DNA from: Mizuhopecten yessoensis
Taxonomy: Eukaryota
Assembly: GCF_002113885.1 (NCBI RefSeq)
Contig: NW_018408902.1
Coordinates: forward strand, 892,550-956,549
DNA: 64,000 nt
Direction: 5' to 3'
Positions 15,069-28,562 of the stretch are shown here, in pieces. The translations under genes were made by a program, and so were the position numbers. The notes beneath the pieces were generated by a model. The model was not told the origin of the DNA and did no database searches. It saw nothing but the letters and a program-made list of their open reading frames with translations. Position 1 is the first letter of the stretch. Each line of letters starts with the position of its first letter.

Positions 15069-16783
15069 TCAATGTCACATGATCAAGGTTAAATAAGCAG
15101 GGTTAAGCTTACACTGCTTTAAAATCAAACTTCTCAGATTTATTTTGACAGTTATTCTTATTATATTTAAATGTGCAATTTTTATTTATATTTTTATTTG
15201 GCTCTGTGGTAAATTCCTGGAGAAGATGAATGGGCTTCAGATTTAGACTGGAGTGTAATAGATGTACTATAAGAGGACCTATCCAGCCTCACTTCCCTTC
15301 ATCAATCACCGCTCCGGAGGTGTGGAGAGGACAGTGTCCCAAGGTTAATCGTCTGGCACCTGTATCGAAAGTCTACTCAACTTTGCACATCCATCTGGAT
15401 TGTCCTTTCTTTTAATTTGTATATTATATACACATTTTCTAGATTACCTTTTAATGGCTGAATTCACAGCACAGTGAAATTGTCATGTAAATTTCAAAAT
15501 TTGAACGAGCAATTTAACCTGATCAGATCAGCTACAATGGGAAACATTACATCAAGGGTGTGGTAACTACATGTAGGGGGTTTGGGCTTTGTCTTCAGAG
15601 TGACATCAGGATTTTGGCATTGCCAGCAAATTGGTAGTGGTTTTGGCAATGTCAACGAAATAATTGGGGTTTTGGCATTTTCAGCAGAAAGGTATGTTTT
15701 TTGTGTGGTCAGCAGAATTGTGGAAGTTTTTGGAAATATTGGTAAAATTGTAAAGGTTTAAGGCAATGTTGGCAGAATAGCCGGGGTTTTTAGATTCATT
15801 TAATTTCTGCTGAATTGTACTGGTTACCACCCATGAACTTCCTAACAGTGGTTATAACATGGCCTTATTATATATCAATCTGTCCTTGTAAAGATTCATC
15901 TCATAATGTCTGCAGCTAGTAAAATTCAAATTCGTATTTTGAACTTGTGATTGTGAAGTCCACTAATCAAATCATTATGGCTCACAGATGAATACAGGAT
16001 CAATGAATTGAAGAAGACCACAGGATTAGAGTTTATCTAGACAACTGGGTACCGCCGATTTTGATTCCGAATACGTTCAAAAACACAACACTATACAATG
16101 TTGTCGGAACCAGCTTATATTACGTGTGATTACCGTACAGCTCTATCCCTGATCTGTCTGGTCAGCCCTGGTTTATGTCTGGTCATCAAATCTCTTAACA
16201 AACACCATTTATTTCTGAACTACGTAAGAACATGATTTGTTTTATGTTTTGGAATTCAAGATCTACCGGGCCATCATGTAAAATAATCTCTGATGAAATT
16301 AGCATATTACAAAATAAACTACATCTCTAGATCTCAATTAATTACACATAAAAATAAATCTAAATAGCCTTCTGCACCTGAACTTTTGCCCATCATGAGT
16401 CTGTTCAAGTAATTAGCCGGAGTGTATGTCCTAACTTGCCTCCGAAAATTTGCTACTCTCATAGAACTTGAACAGCATGGGGCGTGATTGTTAGTTGTAT
16501 CATGTTACAAAACTATCACACTTTGTTTAGGACATGCAAGAGAATTCAAAAGATTTCTGGTTAGAAATTTAGAATTATTTCTACTAAAATTATAGGACAA
16601 AAAGAAAAAAAATCAGTATGTTCAAACACTGCATGATGGGTAATTGAATCAGAAGCTATAATTACAGAAAATGAGTAAGTAGACATGCATGCACAAAGGT
16701 CATATAAAATCTCAATTGATCTTTGGGAAGTATATAATTAGGTACTTGTACTTGATGAAGTGAGTTTTTACTAATACACATAC

Positions 16784-16854
16784 CTGGTGAAGGGCTGTTA
16801 GTCCGTCTTCATTGGTCGAGTTAGGGTTCACTCCCTGGGTCAAAAGTCTCCGCA
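16784..16854 (-). CDS. PPP1R16A: PPP1R16-like coding exon 2 (ankyrin repeat)
   Basis: ccctctag|TG CGG AGA...CAC CAG|gtatgt; 71 nt; encodes (V)[23 protein letters not shown]; phase matches the previous exon. Not in the ORF track. Confidence 0.93.
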
Positions 16855-16892
16855 CTAGAGGGATAAAAGAGCAAAATATGTATCAGAAATTC

Positions 16893-18404
16893 AACAAGAG
16901 GCCCAGAGGGTCTGTATCACTCACCTGGATACCTTAGCAATCATGGCAAAATATTCTCCAAATGAGATCAAGGGAATATGCCAGACCCCAAGGCCAATCC
17001 TTGTAGCATAACTGTATTAGATTTTGTCATGCCCAGCAATTTTATGTATGGTTATTGGGTGGGGATCTCAACTGTTTCCAAGCTTTCACTCAGAAACTAC
17101 ATGTACGTCCCTAGGGTTGTGGCCAGACCCCAGGATCAATTCTAATATCGTGACTGCATTTGTCTCTTTTTGCCCAGCATTTGCATATATAGTTTTGGGG
17201 TGGGGATCTCAACCGTTTCAAAGTTATGACCCAGGGGTTAAGTCTGCAAAGGTCGGGCAGACCCTGGGATCAATTCTAATATCATGACTGCATTTGTCTC
17301 TTTAAGTCCAACAATAACTAGGTCCCTAGGGGTTCGGTCAGACCCCAGGGTCTATTCTGATATATGACTGCATTCGTCTCTTTATGCCCAGCATTTGTAT
17401 ATATAGTTTTGGGGTGGGGATCTCAACAATTTCAAAGTTATGGCCCAGGGACTATGTCTCCAAGGGCGGGGCCAGACCCTAGTGCCATCCTGGAATCAAA
17501 TGAGCAATCTTATACTCAGCAATTATATACCATGGTTCTATGGTGGGGATCTCAACTAATTCCAAGTAATACACTTTTTTGGCCCCGCCCCTTAGCTGGG
17601 GGGTCATCCCAACCATTTGTACAATTTTGAATCCCTGCCTCCCATGAATGTTTCCACCCAAATATGATCAATATCCATGACATAGTTCTACAGAAGAAGT
17701 CGCTTAAAGCAATATAGCCAAATAACTCTTTTTGCCCCCGCCCCTCAGCCCCCTGGGGGGTCAGCCCAATTATTTGTACAATTTTGAATTTCCACCACCT
17801 AGGGATGCTTCCAGTCAAATATGGTTGATATCCATCTCTTAGTCCCAGAGAAGAAGTCGCTTAAAGCAGTATAGACAAATTGCCCCCTTTTTGCCCTGCC
17901 CTTCAGCCCCCTGGGGGGTCAGCCCCATCATTTGTACAGTTTTTAATCCCCACCACCTAGAGATGCTTCCAGTCAAATATGGTTGATATCCATTTTTTAG
18001 TTCTAGAGAAGAGGTCGCTTATAGCAATATAGCCAAATTGACCCCTTTTGGCCCTGCCCCTCAGCCCCCTGGTGGGTCAGCCCCATCATTTGTACAATTT
18101 TGAATCCCCACCTCCTAGGGATGCTTCCAGTCAAATATGGTTGATATCCATTTTTTAGTTCTAGAGAAGAGGTCGCTTATAGCAATATAGCCAAATTGAC
18201 CCCTTTTGGCCCTGCCCCTCAGCCCCCTGGGGAGTCAGCCCCAACATTTGTACAATTTTGAATCCCCACCACCTACGGATGCTTCCAGTCAAATTTAGTT
18301 AAATTCCAATCAGTGGTTAAGAAGAAGTCGTTTAAAGAAATTGTTGACGTACACAACGGTATGGCATAAGCTCACCTTGTTCCTTCGGACCAGGTGAGCT
18401 AAAA
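16893..18404. mobile_element. Helentron/HINE-like element with an internal 158-bp tandem array (about 17570-18340)
   Basis: AACAAGAGG start, CTCACCTGG subterminal repeat, terminal hairpin AGCTCACCT...AGGTGAGCT followed by AAAA. GATGCTTCCAGTC recurs at 17804, 17962, 18120 and 18278. Confidence 0.75.
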
Positions 18405-18530
18405 TAATAATACACACACTTGAACTTTTTAACATTTTTGATTTGCAAAAAATCTTTTCCTAAATGTTTCTGAATTTCCGATACGTAACATCCAGTGGAA
18501 TACTAGTTTGCTACAATATGGCAGACCAAT

Positions 18531-18956
18531 TTCAAACATGTTGAGTTACTAAATGAACTATTTCTGCAATAGTTTGATTTTATTTGGTTTAGTATCAAAC
18601 ATGTTGAGTGACTAAATGAACTCTTTCTGCAATAGTTTGATTTTATTTGGTTTAGTATCAAACATGTTGAGTTACTAAATGAACTCTTTCTGCAATAGTT
18701 TGTTTTTATTTGGTTTAGTATCAAACATGTTGAGTTACTAAATGAACTATTTCTGCAATAGTTTGATTTTATTTGGTTTAGTATCAAACATGTTGAGTGA
18801 CTAAATGAACTATTTCTGCAATAGTTTGATTTTATTTGGTTTAGTATCAAACATGTTGAGTGACTAAATGAACTATTTCTGCAATAGTTTGATTTTATTT
18901 GGTTTAGTATCAAACATGTTGAGTTACTAAATGAACTATTTCTGCAATAGTTTGAT
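18531..18956. repeat. 63-bp minisatellite, about 6.7 copies
   Basis: Unit TCAAACATGTTGAGTTACTAAATGAACTATTTCTGCAATAGTTTGATTTTATTTGGTTTAGTA. Confidence 0.96.
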
Positions 18957-19140
18957 TGGATTTGGTTTCGTATCCTATATTAACAGCGAAGGTCATTCAG
19001 GACCTGCCTCCATGTTTGTGATAAATGTGTGTATGTGTGTTGGAGGCTGTATGTTGGGGTATTCGCCTCTTTTTAATTATGATAGTGCAGATCTGATGCC
19101 TGGAACTTTATATATACGGTAGTGCTACCTCGCTGAAATA
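18950..19140 (-). mobile_element. SINE-like 3' fragment
   Basis: Its end (reverse complement CTGTTAATATAGGATACGAAACCAAATCC) resembles the isolated tail CTGTTAATAGGACGTTAAACAAAATGAAACCAAATC at 45301-45340. Confidence 0.45.
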
Positions 19141-20856
19141 CGAGTCAAATAATAACACTTCCTTTTTGATAGAAAAGAAACTCAATCCCCTACAAGTTCC
19201 TATTTGATATTTATTAAACTTATGTGGGAATTTTACACCTTTTAATAATTTTAAATCAATCCAACTTTTTTCATTTATTGTTTTGTTTGAAATGCTCTAT
19301 TAAATCCGTTTTCAGTATACACTGAAACACTTAATACAAGTGATCATTCTTGAATCTCACATTCCTTTATACATTGTACATTAAGCAGTGTAGAGGAGAA
19401 CCAACAGCCGCGGCTTATCTATGTTGTATTCCGAGTTAAATTTATACATATATACACATATTGGGAAGCGCTTCCCCTAAGCCTATTTATATGTGATAAA
19501 CATTTACATAATCCTTTCTGTCCGACTTGTCAACTTTATCACAAGCTACTTTTCAATCTATATAATCATCAGAAATTCAATTCAATGAAAAGAAATGACT
19601 TTTTGTCATTTGCATATTATGCAATCTGTGTGAGATTTGTCTACTTTTGATATTAGTGTTCCCTGCGGAACTAGTACTGGTGCCACGTTTTATCTGAGCC
19701 CAGGGGGAGGAAGTTATTACAAAGCATGTATAAATACCGATTGTTACAGCACAGTTGATGATAATATTGAAATATTGTTTAATAGGTTCTCGGGGCCCAT
19801 TCCAATCCTCAGTGAGTATATGTAGTGGTGGCAAACTGCATTTATTTTGTATTATGTTTGCACAAGTTTTAAAAGCTGAATATTAGCAAACAGTCACATT
19901 GATGCGGTTTTATTGTAGCAATGTTATGATATATCACTGTCATAATACGTTCTATACATTAGTTTTATGCACGGCGCTCGTCAAATTGGCTGTCATTAAG
20001 GCTGTTAGATGTGAGGCCGATATCCACGACTTATGCTCTGTGGACGGTGACCACAGCAACTAATTCCCATACATGGCACTAATCTGTAATTCATATTTAT
20101 AAGGATGGGGCTGCTTTTCAATCATCCCCATTAGTGTTCTACCAGGCTGGGAATATGGGGCTATCTGCCTGCTCTGTCATGGCTGCCAACCTAATAAGGG
20201 TGTTAAATGCTCCCTCATCCTCGTTTATTGATTGGCCCATGGGTAGACTCCGGCCTAATTCACCACAGATGACCCAATGATGGTCACTTATGCCGTTGTG
20301 TGAACGTTCTGATGGGAAGTAAATAAATCATTTCTCAGTGGTGTTCTTAGTGTAAGCCTGGGTCCTATATCCTGCCATGGACACATACCAGAATAAAGAC
20401 TGTATAATTATGCTGTGTACATGGAACAACCATACCCTATTCTGGCTCCCTAAAAAGGCGTCATAAAACAGTAAAGATACATTTTTTGTCTTTTTTTCAA
20501 TGCTCTTTAGAATTATCATTCTAAAATATTTATGTCCAGGCTTCAAAGTTCCTTAATATTTACTTCAGTTGGTAAGTAATTCAAACACCACATTTATGAG
20601 GATTTGTGACTCTGTACATCAAATGTAAGAATAATATATATAATAACAAATATACATAACTGTGCAGATTAATCTCTTTAAATAGGTCTGAATAAACACA
20701 CAGTCCCCTGATAGTAGATCCGGGTTTGTCATTCATTTACACAGCCCCATATATGTGTCTCCCAATAAACAGAGGATTCCTGGTATAAAATATATGTCTG
20801 CCCTAGTAACAGCAGACAGCTCATAAATCAAGACAGTGTGAGCTCGATCATGAGAC

Positions 20857-21085
20857 CATACTGAACAACTCTCCCTATGGAGGAAGGAGACTCCCGATTT
20901 TGGACCCTTAAATTTAGTAATTAACTTCTAAGATCTGGTGATTTCCTCTGAAAGAACAACACTCAAAATATGTCATTTTAGGGTTATTTTGTCTCTAGGG
21001 GGTGATACACACACTATATATTTATGTTTTAATTTTGAACACTCCGAATCTCTCCGCTGGAAATTTTAAAAAGTTGGCAAGTATG
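20857..21085. mobile_element. 229-bp MITE with 6-bp TSD
   Basis: Imperfect TIRs CATACTGAACAAC / GTTGGCAAGTATG (10 of 13 match); TGAGAC on both sides. Confidence 0.7.
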
Positions 21086-22024
21086 TGAGACACCAGTCTA
21101 AAGATCTAGTTTGAAGCCATATTTGGTAAAATACAAATGTCAATGTGATAGTGGAGGACGTCCTTTTCAGCAATAAAACTGGAACCCTACAAATGATCCA
21201 CCAAGTGAACTATCGACCAGCAGGCCATTTCCTGCTCCTCGACCACAGTGTGAGTTATGTATGCATGATAGCAATAGTAATGGCACTTTAAAGAGATATT
21301 GAAAATGATGTGTATGGTGTGCCAAGACAAATACATCAACATCCATCTTTGATGTCCCTCCAATGATTTAGCCTTCCTCCAGGAGAGGTCATCCCCATGT
21401 TAGATATAGTACTAGGGTCATTCCTCCTCAAGTTGGTGGCTCCTGATCGTGGTTACTAGTACTGTTCACTCTACAGAAGGCCAATCCAATGCCTTTATCT
21501 CCAAACTTCATGCTTCACTTCTTTAATCAGATTCTCTTCCTTCTTGTTTTCATGAATGCATGAGGATTATATATACATGTATACATGAGTCTGGCTTGAT
21601 TCTACTGTACATCCACCATATAGCATGATCTTGTCATTGCCTTAAGTCTTGGCTTATTGCCAAAACACAATTGGACGAACAAATACGATTTATAGATATA
21701 TCACAGCAATTTGATTAATATGACATCACCGCAATAGGATTTATTTTCGTTGTGAAATTAATAAAAATATTAACGCATTTGAAGAGAGTTTTGTCCCGAA
21801 AATGACTTAGTCTGATGTACAATCCCTGACTTATCTATGAATGCCATCGATTCACCACGATTGTTGTGCAGGTTTTATTTCTTGGTCGAACCTGGCCAAG
21901 TACACTAGTTTCCACCAATTTCCCTACAGATATATCGTCCAGGCCCACAAGAGTGATAAGTACAAGTTTATAGCTTGTTTCAAAACTGTTGTAAATTTAA
22001 TTAAACTCCTCATCTTTGAATAAA

Positions 22025-22730
22025 AACAAGAATTACGCATAATTATATGTGTCGCCTGCCACGCTTTGTCCATAAGGAAACGGACCGAAATGCAAAATCA
22101 TAACATTGATTTTTTTTAAAGTCCAGAAATTTCAGGTTTTTATCAGAAAAAGTGCAGAAATCCATGAAATGTTTTCAGAGTAGTAGGCTCTACTACCCAT
22201 GATACATGTATGATTGAGGTTTGGTTGGTCTAGCTCTTATACTTTATCCAAAAGAGCCTAATATGCAAGAGCTAAACGAAAAACCTTAACGTTGAGTTTT
22301 TTTCTAAGTCCAGAAATTTGAGGCTTTTAGCAAAACAATACAGAAATCGTTGAAATGCTAGTAAAGAGTGTAATGCATTCAGCTATACATCCCATGATAC
22401 ACCTATGACCCAAGTTTGGTTGCTCTAGCATTTATACTTTGTCAGAAACAGCCTAATATGTAAGAGCTAAACGCAAAACCTTAACGTTGAGGTTTTTTTT
22501 AAGTCCATAAATTTGAGGTTTTTACCAAAGAAATGCAGAAATCAATGAAATGTTTTTAGTGCAGTAGGCTCCACTACCAATGCTACATCTATGATCGAGG
22601 TTTTGTTGGTGTAGCTTTGTCAGAAACAGAGCTAAACTCAAAAGCTTAACATTGTTGACGACGCCGACCCCGCTGTAGGAAAAGCAACGCCTATGTGTCT
22701 TTCCGACATCCGTCGTAGGCGACACAAAAA
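22025..22730. mobile_element. Helentron/HINE-like element with about 190-bp internal repeats
   Basis: AACAAG start; inverted TGTGTCGCCT / AGGCGACACA; GACGCC-like tract; AAGTCCAGAAATTT-like unit present three times. Confidence 0.7.
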
Positions 22731-23145
22731 AATGATGAAGTTGTCTTGATGATTATAATTATGTTATTCAAGTTAATTGATGATTGTCAAACATAAAAAA
22801 ATATCATTGACGAATCATGTAATTACACAAGCAACATTTTAATTACCGTATCGCAGGTTATTTACGCGGCTAGAATCTTTGCAATTTTGACTCAAAATAA
22901 GGAAAAGTTTAAAGAGATTGCAATTTAGAGTGTGTCATATCATTCCTGCAGATCATATTTTCACAACCACACCAATTACACAAGTACACCAGTTAGGTAA
23001 CCAGCCTATTATATCATGAGTAAGGAAACCTACAGTAGCCGAGGACGGAAATCTTATAGTAACACCAAAATATGTACTAAATGTACAGAAGTATTGATCA
23101 GCAGACCAAATTAATTTTATTTTAAAATGAAAAAATAATAACTTT

Positions 23146-23357
23146 AGACACGTTCAACATGACATGTGAAGGTAAGAAGTCAACGACCTTAGTTTAGTGC
23201 GACACAAGGGTGTAGCAGACACGTTCAACATGACATGTGAAGGTAAGAAGTCAACGACCTTAGTTTAGTGCGACACAAGGGTGTAGCAGACACGTTCAAC
23301 ATGACATTTGAAGGTAAGAAATCAACGACCTTAGTTTAGTGCGACATAAGCTTGTAG
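23146..23357. repeat. 71-bp tandem repeat, about 3 copies
   Basis: CGTTCAACATGAC at 23151, 23222 and 23293. Confidence 0.95.
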
Positions 23358-23658
23358 CAAATCCAAGAACCTTTACTCGTAACCTTTATATGTAAGTACG
23401 ACATAGTAAACTTTTTATGTTCACATTTAGAGGAATGCAGTGATGCGAAATTTTGACGGGAGACGTATGGATTACACCGGGTAATTAAAGTACACGCTAA
23501 AATGGCGACTAAAGCCTTAAAGTCTACAGACAAGCCTATGTTTCAGTAATCTCTGTAGAGCAATAGGGCTATGGTCTCATTAACTTCTAATAACTCTTCA
23601 ATTTTAGAAACGATTGCGTAACTTGATTCTTTTAAGGTGTACTGTCTGTCATCCTTAC

Positions 23659-23914
23659 CGTCATCAATATCATTCCTGGCTGCTGCCTCCAGGAGAACTA
23701 TCTTGCCAGGAAATCGCACTCTAGCCCGATTCCCACTCCTCCTCTGCTGGCTTTTTGATTTTTTACGTTTTGAGTCCTTTTCAATTTGTTTTTCGTAGTT
23801 TGCCCATTTTTTTAGTTGTTGGGATCTGCGTTTTTTTGCATGTTTAAGTCTGTCCTGCGTGGGCATCTTCTCCACGGAGGCAATCTCCGAGATTAAATCC
23901 TGGTGATCCGTCAT
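23659..23914 (-). CDS. PPP1R16A: PP1 regulatory subunit 16 (MYPT3/TIMAP family), first coding exon; the exon including 5'UTR spans 23659-24066
   Basis: Encodes MTDHQDLISEIASVEKMPTQDRLKHAKKRRSQQLKKWANYEK...RARVRFPGKIVLLEAAARNDIDD. Contains the MyPhoNE motif (RSQQLKKW), an RVxF PP1-docking motif (RVRF) and the start of ankyrin repeat 1. Donor G|gtaagg at 23658 (phase 1); upstream acceptor tcttttcag at 24067. 16A versus 16B cannot be resolved, probably a single invertebrate co-ortholog. Confidence 0.93.
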
Positions 23915-26313
23915 GTTGGAATGTGGATGTTTCTTGTCTAAATATTAGGTCCGAGGTGGGTACAACACAGTAGTCTTTCCTGTAGTCACAGGGTCATCCT
24001 GGGCAATCCTCAAGGTCACACAAGGTCATCCATGAGTATCCATGGTGACAGTAGTCATACCACTACCTGAAAAGACGAAAAATATTGTAAAACATGATGT
24101 TAAATGAACACATTCAAGCAGAATGAAAGAAAATCAAGTTTTTTTATATGAAATATTCTGAATATATTGACATAAAATTATATGAATTTAAATCAAGTGA
24201 ACCTCATTAGTCGATTGCAAGGCACTTTCTGTGTACAGGCGAACTCTTTAGTCTGGACAATTAGAAGTCCTTAACAACAAATAACCTTGATACAAGATTT
24301 GTCACAAACTGTAAGTGTAGAAAGAAAAACAAAATGGCACCTTCTGGGGTCAAAAGTTAGACAGATACTTTAATTATTACCAAAAACTGGAAACCTCTCA
24401 ACAGATTTACATCTCCCTCTCTAGTATACGTACTGGAACCATCCATCAGCGTATATATCCAGAAACAGTGGTCAGTTTGTATATAATGTCTGTCACCTCA
24501 CTGAATATCCTTACTGAATGCCCATGGCCCATCCATCAGCCAATATCCTTATTAGGTTCTCTACCATATTGAATTGAGGCAAAACAAATTGTCCCATTTT
24601 GGTAATGTACTGAAATATTTAATCCAGTGTGTCCATTCTTACTACTGCAAAATACCTATATGTAATTGTAGGGTAATTGATAACTATTTTATATCATTGC
24701 CATAGATAACAAGCATTTCAAGCAGATTCCTTTTAAACAATATATTTACAATGATAAGAGTAAAATCAGCCAATTACCCGTAACAATCAAGTCATGAAAT
24801 GTTTTAAAAACTCCTGGCCTGATCCTAATCTGATGTAATTACAATAGCAGTTATCTATTCTTTGTACTTTAAATCATATGCCTGTACAAACCCATTGGTA
24901 CAATTTTCACTTAAGAAAAGGCCAAAGTTTTACAGAAAATGCATTACCATGTCAACTGTCAATTCTTAAACACTCAACTATGCAAATTAGCTCGTCTCCA
25001 GGTAGTTTTAATCATTCGAACTGCCACTGCACATCCCTGTTGGATTGTTCCGACTAATGGCGTGTAAATAACACATCACATGACTAATTAAAGAAAGGCT
25101 ATTCCATTAAATGAGTTTTGCTAATTGCCCAATCCTACATTGGCTATTCCATCTACTGAAAATGAAACTGATTTAGAATTCCCTGTGCACAAAATAAATA
25201 TCCCTTAAGAAAGTCATTACCCGATGATGTGGTCTTATTATGAGTACGCATGTAAATGCAAGATCAGCGGCCGTAACAGTGTGTAATGCATATGAAGTAG
25301 AAATTTCAGCGAGCGGAGGTCATAGAAGAGTTACCATCATCAGTGTAAACGTTACAACATTAGCACTGGTCGTTACCCAGATAACCCTGCCAGCAATTAA
25401 CACAGCGGTAGGCCAGAGTACAAATCACTGTCTCAAGCCTGCGATGATGATGTCGGGGACTAGACACATTTTTACAATTACTACTCTTTTTCCCCTTTAC
25501 TTTTCTTCCGAGAACAGTGGCAACATCCTGTTAAAGGATACAATTTCTCTCCAAATGTATGTACATTTCCCAAGTAATTACTCATCATTTACTTGTAAGT
25601 TGTATGATGTCAATTATTATTTTCACCAAATCACTGGTGCCCCGAAATTTCAAATGATTTAAACTGTATATATCTATTTTCAATTACTTCAAGATATTAT
25701 TCCGTAGTAAACCTATAGGTAATAGGTGCCTTTACATTTTTTTAAAACACTAATTTACAAAATAATCTTTACATTGCTACTATAGGAGAAACAGAGATGA
25801 CTTAGTGAGAAGTAAAACCTGACACTACGGAGTCAGTGATAGGGCTGATATAGAACTAACAGTTCCTTTAGCCAAGTCTGAATACCAAATGACTAGATAG
25901 TTAAGCACTGTGGCATATTGTAACAAATAAATCTAGTGATATTGATTGAATGACTACAAAACGACTTTCAAGTGCACAGAAATGGTAATATACATGTGTA
26001 CCAGGCTATAGCTATCAAATTCTTCAGGATACATTTACATTTTTATCACCAACATAGATGAAATGAACAAGGGGCAAGAGATTTCAAGTCACTGTATCTA
26101 TGGGTGCATCACTCAATCTGTGTCGTGGCTGTAGAAATATCATAGATCTGAAGAAGCCTGTCATTTCAATTTAGCGACAGTCCAATATTTCATGCTGAAG
26201 TCTCCAGACCTAGGGAGGTTTTAGAATGAGTTATTGTCTCAGAATTGGGGTGAAACCTCATCAAAATTGATTAAAAAATGAATCCTTTGATGATGCTACA
26301 GGCACTATATAAG

Positions 26314-26416
26314 CACAGGTAATAGACACAACATATCCTATGCCTATATTCTAATATGTAATTAGTAATTACATATTAGAATATAGGCATAGGATATGTT
26401 GTGTCTATTACCTGTG
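26314..26416. mobile_element. 103-bp perfectly palindromic MITE with 8-bp TSD
   Basis: 51-bp perfect arms around a single G at 26365; TATATAAG directly repeated at 26306-26313 and 26417-26424. Confidence 0.85.
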
Positions 26417-26995
26417 TATATAAGGTGGCTTGCTTTTTCCAGTGTTCCACAGAGTCCTGGAAATGTTTAACGTAGAATGAAATTTGTATCCATGTGATTA
26501 TTTTTCCCAAATCCACAAGATGTGGTAATACGACTCACAAATCCGTGACATGGAAAAAAATCCTTGACATTTTCATTGATCCATGTGCTATAATATTTTC
26601 CCAATTTTTTTTCGTCCTGTAAAATTCCGATTTATTATGTCATACAATGTATATTCCAACAAACATGTCCATATTGAACTGCCATAACGTTTTAGATCCC
26701 AAGTGGTTTGTAACCAATATTGTTTTACTGCATTTGTTGTTTCGTCTCAAATTAACATGTTTATACGTATCTGTCCATAAAAGTGTATAATCAAACTTAA
26801 TAAATAGTTAAAAAGTTCTCCAGGTTGTGTTTATACATAGTCATGGACCACAAATTTCAGAATTTGAATGGAGTCTTACAATGTAGGTAGCCTGTAATAG
26901 GCATATACCGGATATGTTGAAAGAAGTATCAATGGGCCAGACATCCTTGAATGTTGTATCTGGCATCTGTAAATAACATGTAAAATGTGACAAGG

Positions 26996-28562
26996 GTACA
27001 GATTGCCTCCCTCACCCATCCTCTGTCAGACTCACCCATATACAGACTGCCTCCCTCACCCATCCTCTGTCAGACTCACCCATGTACAGATTGCCTCCCT
27101 CACCCATCCTCTGTCAGACTGTCACCCATGTACAGACTGCCTCCCTCACCCATTCTCTGTCAGATTGTCACCCATGTACAGACTGCCTCCCTCACCCATT
27201 CTCTGTCAGATTGTCACCCATGTACAGACTGCCTCCCTCACCCATTCTCTGTCAGATTGTCACCCATGTACAGACTGCCTCCCTCACCCATTGTCAGACT
27301 GTCACCCATGTACAGACTGCCTCCCTCCCCCATCCTCTGTCAGACTCACCCATATACAGACTGCCTCCCTCACCCATCCTCTGTCAGACTCACCCATGTA
27401 CAGATTGCCTCCCTCTCCCATCCTCTGTCAGACTGTCGCCCATGTACAGCCTGCCTCCCTCAACTATTCTCTATCAGACTGTCACCCATGTACAGACTGC
27501 CTCCCTCAACCATTCTGTCAGACTGTAACCCATGTACAGACTGCCTCCCTCACCCATTCTCTGTCAGACTAACACCCATGTACAGACTGCCTCCCTCACC
27601 CATTCTCTGTCAGATTGTCACCCATGTACAGACTGCCTCCCTCACCCATCCTCTGTCAGACTCACCCATATACAGATTGCCTCCCTCACCCATCCTCTGT
27701 CAGACTGTCCCCCATGTACAGCCTGCCTCCCTCAACTATTCTCTGGCAGACTGTCACCCATGTACAGATTGCCTCCCTCACCCATCCTCTGTCAGACTCA
27801 CCCATGCACAGATTGCCTCCCTCACCCATCCTCTGTCAGACTGTCAACCATGTACAGGCTACCTCCCTCAACCATCCTCTGTCAGACTGTCACTCATGTA
27901 CAGACTGCCTCCCTCACCCATTCTCTGTCAGACTAACACCCATGTACAGACTGCCTCCCTCACCCATTGTCAGACTGTCACCCATGTACAGACTGCCTCC
28001 CTCCCCCATTCTCTGTCAGACTGTCACCCATGTACAGGCTACCTCCCTCAACCATCCTCTGTCAGACTGTCACTCATGTACAGACTGCCTCCCTCACCCA
28101 TTCTCTGTCAGATTGTCACCCATGTACAGACTGCCTCCCTCACCCATCCTCTGTCAGACTCACCCATGCACAGATTGCCTCCCTCACCCATCCTCTGTCA
28201 GACTGTCAACCATGTACAGGCTACCTCCCTCAACCATCCTCTGTCAGACTGTCACTCATGTACAGACTGCCTCCCTCACCCATTCTCTGTCAGACTAACA
28301 CCCATGTACAGACTGCCTCCCTCACCCATTGTCAGACTGGCACCCATGTACAGACTGCCTCCCTCAACCATTCTGTCAGACTGTCACCCATGTACAGACT
28401 GCCTCCCTCAACCATTCTGTCAGACTGTCACCCATGTACAGACTGCCTCCCTCACCCATTGTCAGACTGTCACCCATGTACAGACTGCCTCCCTCAACCA
28501 TTCTGTTAGACTGTCACCCATGTACAGACTGCCTCCATCAACCATTCTGTCAGACTGTCACC
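26996..28562. repeat. About 40-45 bp minisatellite with variant units, about 1.57 kb
   Basis: Unit approximately CACCCATGTACAGACTGCCTCCCTCACCCATCCTCTGTCAGACTGT. Confidence 0.97.

Noticed and set aside
23543-23658. C-terminal part of the 123-aa track ORF
   Set aside because: Read-through past the splice donor at 23658 into intron sequence.
26148-26185. CTGAAGA followed by a stem (and the similar CTGATGA on the minus strand near 33670)
   Set aside because: No GAAA or cleavage triplet follows the stem, so these are not hammerheads.
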